A stretch of 64,000 bases of DNA, taken from positions 12,214,001 through 12,278,000 of the forward strand of contig NC_092672.1 in the NCBI RefSeq assembly GCF_964355755.1. Direction: 5' to 3'. The position numbers and the translations under genes were made by a program. Positions within the stretch are counted from its first letter, which is position 1, and each line of letters starts with the position of its first letter. Positions 61,351 to 64,000 of this stretch are shown here, one piece after another. The notes under the pieces are model-generated. The model saw only the letters and a program-made list of their open reading frames with translations, had not been told where the DNA came from and searched no databases. This DNA comes from Antedon mediterranea (lineage: Eukaryota > Animalia > Echinodermata).

Positions 61351-63827
61351 CTAAGCATTATATTCTAACTTTTCAGCAGGAACAGTCATGTTATTCTCCT
61401 TTAAAAATGCAATAAATGATTGCAAGTTATCCTCCCTTAGAATCCCCTTTTGTTCAAGATCTAATATCACAGTCCATTGGTTGTTACTTTGTTTTTTTAG
61501 AACACTTTTCAAACGGATGAGATCTCTTGTATTTTCTTCCGAAAGTGCGTCACCGAACTGAATTAGTTGTTGTCGATATGTTGAAAAGGATGTGATACAC
61601 TGGTTGGTTTTATCAAATGTCTCCTTTAACAGTTTGTTGACCTCCAGAACACCATTGGTACCAGTGACATTAATTGCGTCAACAAGAACTTTAACGTTTG
61701 TACTGGTAAGATGGCCAGATCGTTTCAATAGGTTGAAGAAACGTATGCAGTCAGCATCCTGCAAATCATTGTAAGGTGTTATCAGATCTTTGCATAACAC
61801 CTTTAGTTTATCAATTGAGCCATGTTCATCATACCAGCTTGATATGTTTACCACGATTTTTTCAAACTCTTCGGATGATCCTGTAAAAAAGAAAACCGAA
61901 AACAATTACATTCAGATTTTCAAGTTAAAAATTGTAATAATCATATTGCGCAATATGATGAATACTATCAATTGAATACATGCATTATTTGGTACACAGT
62001 GTATATCGTTTGAACACCATGGACATAAACACATTCAATTCACTAGTATTATTCCTATTGTGGTGCGTTGGTATATTAGTTACCTGGATAAATTGGTGAT
62101 GGCTCCACACTACTTCTGCCTGGAAATGAAATGATAATAAATGATGTTATATTTTAATATCTTCAAAAGTTGTGTAGATATTTTTATTATCATTACATAA
62201 ATATTCACGTACATTTGTCACTGAAAGATATCATTGTTATTTATTTGTAGGTTAAATATGTGTGGGGATTAATCTAATCATGTGATAATTAAATACTGCC
62301 CCCTATAGGTGTTGCTGCCCCCTATAATTGTAACAGTCTTTTTCAAATGATTTGCTTTCTTTTGTATTCATGAACCGGTCAAGGAAGCAGATAGTTTTGT
62401 CTCTTATTTAATTAAAGATCTGATTAAAAGGTAATTACTCTACTTTATACATATATTACTTTGTTATACATTTATAAGATTCTGTTATGTTTAAGAAACA
62501 TTAATGTTGTATTTTAAGATGATTGCATTCATAGGCCTAGACATTTGTTTTGGGTTAACCTTGACTCATGGAATGTGCAGTTAGGAAGCCTATTGAATAG
62601 TATTGTGTTACAATCTTTGAACTAGGATTTTATGCCATATAATGTTATAATATATACTTTTGTGATAAACCTTCTTTGTATTAACAAAATATGTTTAGAT
62701 AGATTTAGTAATGTTTAGTTTATAGAAGATAGTTTCTAGTTAACAGTTTGTATAAAATAGTTCATCCTACAGTTCACACTTGATTAATTTGTATACACGA
62801 GGCTACCATGCTCGTGATAGATCGTCATGTAGTGCGCCCTCTATTTATCATACAAAATGGCTGCGCCCATGGATTTGTTATTGTTTATATATTTTACACA
62901 AACCTAAGATTATAACTCCTTGATTCAATGAATAGACTAAGTTTAGTATTCAAATAGTGTGAGTAAATTCCAACATGCATTTATTCTAGTAATATAATAG
63001 TAATATTCAGGCACTTACGATGCAATTGTGTAGGTAATTAATTAGGTATTTGTATACTCTAACAAAGTATACAGAGGCTGTTTAGGTAGACGTGCCGTTT
63101 GACGTAATAGTCGCAGTCCTCAGAGAGAATCCTTTTTATTAGAGTCGCCTGTTAAGTGAGGTCGTTACTAAGAATTGGCTTGTATTTTAGAATATTATTT
63201 ACTTTTGTTTCTTATTGTATTTATTTTGTGGTTTTCAGGACCATACTGATCTCTATTGTTATGCTAAAAACAAATTAAAACCAAATACACCACCGGACCG
63301 TGGTAAAAGTGAGAAAAGGCGTGTTTTTCCTTTTGTGTTGTCGTCCACATCCTTACATATGTATATAAGTAATATAGTTAGTTGTCATAAAATACATATT
63401 TATTTTGTCATTAAACACAATATTGATGAATGTGTAATCCCACCTTCCAAAAATAAGCGCTTTAAGCGATCAGTTTTCATCGACTTCTCACCACATGGAA
63501 CAGTGCTGTTGTCTTCTTTTAAACACTCTTCCAGATCGTGTAAATGAATGTGCTCTGGATAACAGGCGAAACACAACACACGTAGGTTATAACCGATTCC
63601 TTCATTAGTTTTCAGGACAGTCTTTAGTTGAAGCTGTAAATAGCTTAGTATCTAAAACAAAAAATACACAATAAATAAATTTGAATGAAACGTTTCTTAT
63701 AACTGCATTCAGATAAGCTATTACATTACAATATTAGAATCTTTACCTCAATGCATAAGCTCGGTTTTAGTTCAAATATTTCCTCTGTGTTATTTTCGTC
63801 AACTTTAGTTCGACGGGATATTTCAAG
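61351..63827 (-). CDS. 3' exons of a second, tandem ROCO-tDED paralogue (continues beyond the window)
   Basis: Exons 63747-63827, 63444-63651, 62084-62119 and 61351-61880 have the same sizes (81/208/36/530 nt) and splice sites as copy 1, and the frame is open. Confidence 0.9.
62261..63357. mobile_element. Solo LTR (1097 bp, 4-bp TSD TATG; Gypsy-like)
   Basis: TGTGGGGAT...ATCCTTACA termini. Empty site gttaaaTATGtatataag at ~12229-12247. Confidence 0.8.
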
Positions 63828-64000
63828 CTGTTAAAAAAGATGTATTGATTTGTTGAATTATTTAACATATTCTATCTCACACTGCTTACGTCTACGTATA
63901 TTCATTACTGTACATTTATTTGGTGAATATAATGTATCATTTAATTTTTAGAATCTTTCAGAGAATTACAAATACCCGTTGGGCAACCTAGATACCAAAA

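Larger units (their letters stand above)
57930..64000. repeat. Segmental tandem duplicate of ~1110-3744 + 11889-12896 (3' part of the ROCO gene and downstream flank)
   Basis: Collinear high-identity match beginning acgttcaaatatcttctgaacgattcagcccgcaagagggctc (1150 vs 57966) and running to the window end. Confidence 0.95.

Overview
AT-rich, intron-rich eukaryotic DNA, most likely an invertebrate metazoan. It is not prokaryotic, so the ORF track misses most of the real content. The main feature is a minus-strand gene I assembled by hand from GT-AG junctions: 27 coding exons, 43397->3183, 4080 nt, about 1359 aa, one continuous frame. Its architecture is ankyrin array (N-cap + 8 repeats + C-cap) - Roc GTPase - COR - tandem DED, i.e. 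a kinase-less ROCO protein. Each ankyrin repeat sits on its own phase-0 105-nt exon (one is 108 nt) within a tandemly duplicated exon+intron array. The introns are nearly identical, while the codons on the predicted binding surface are hypervariable and change almost only non-synonymously. The 3' end of a close tandem paralogue begins at about 57.9 kb. Together this looks like a diversifying innate-immune or cell-death receptor family (function is inferred). Introns and intergenic DNA carry many transposons: three Academ-type elements (one a foldback with a nested full-length L2/CR1-group LINE), Harbinger-type elements, Helitron/Helentron elements, two solo LTRs, a MULE with nested insertions, and several minisatellites.
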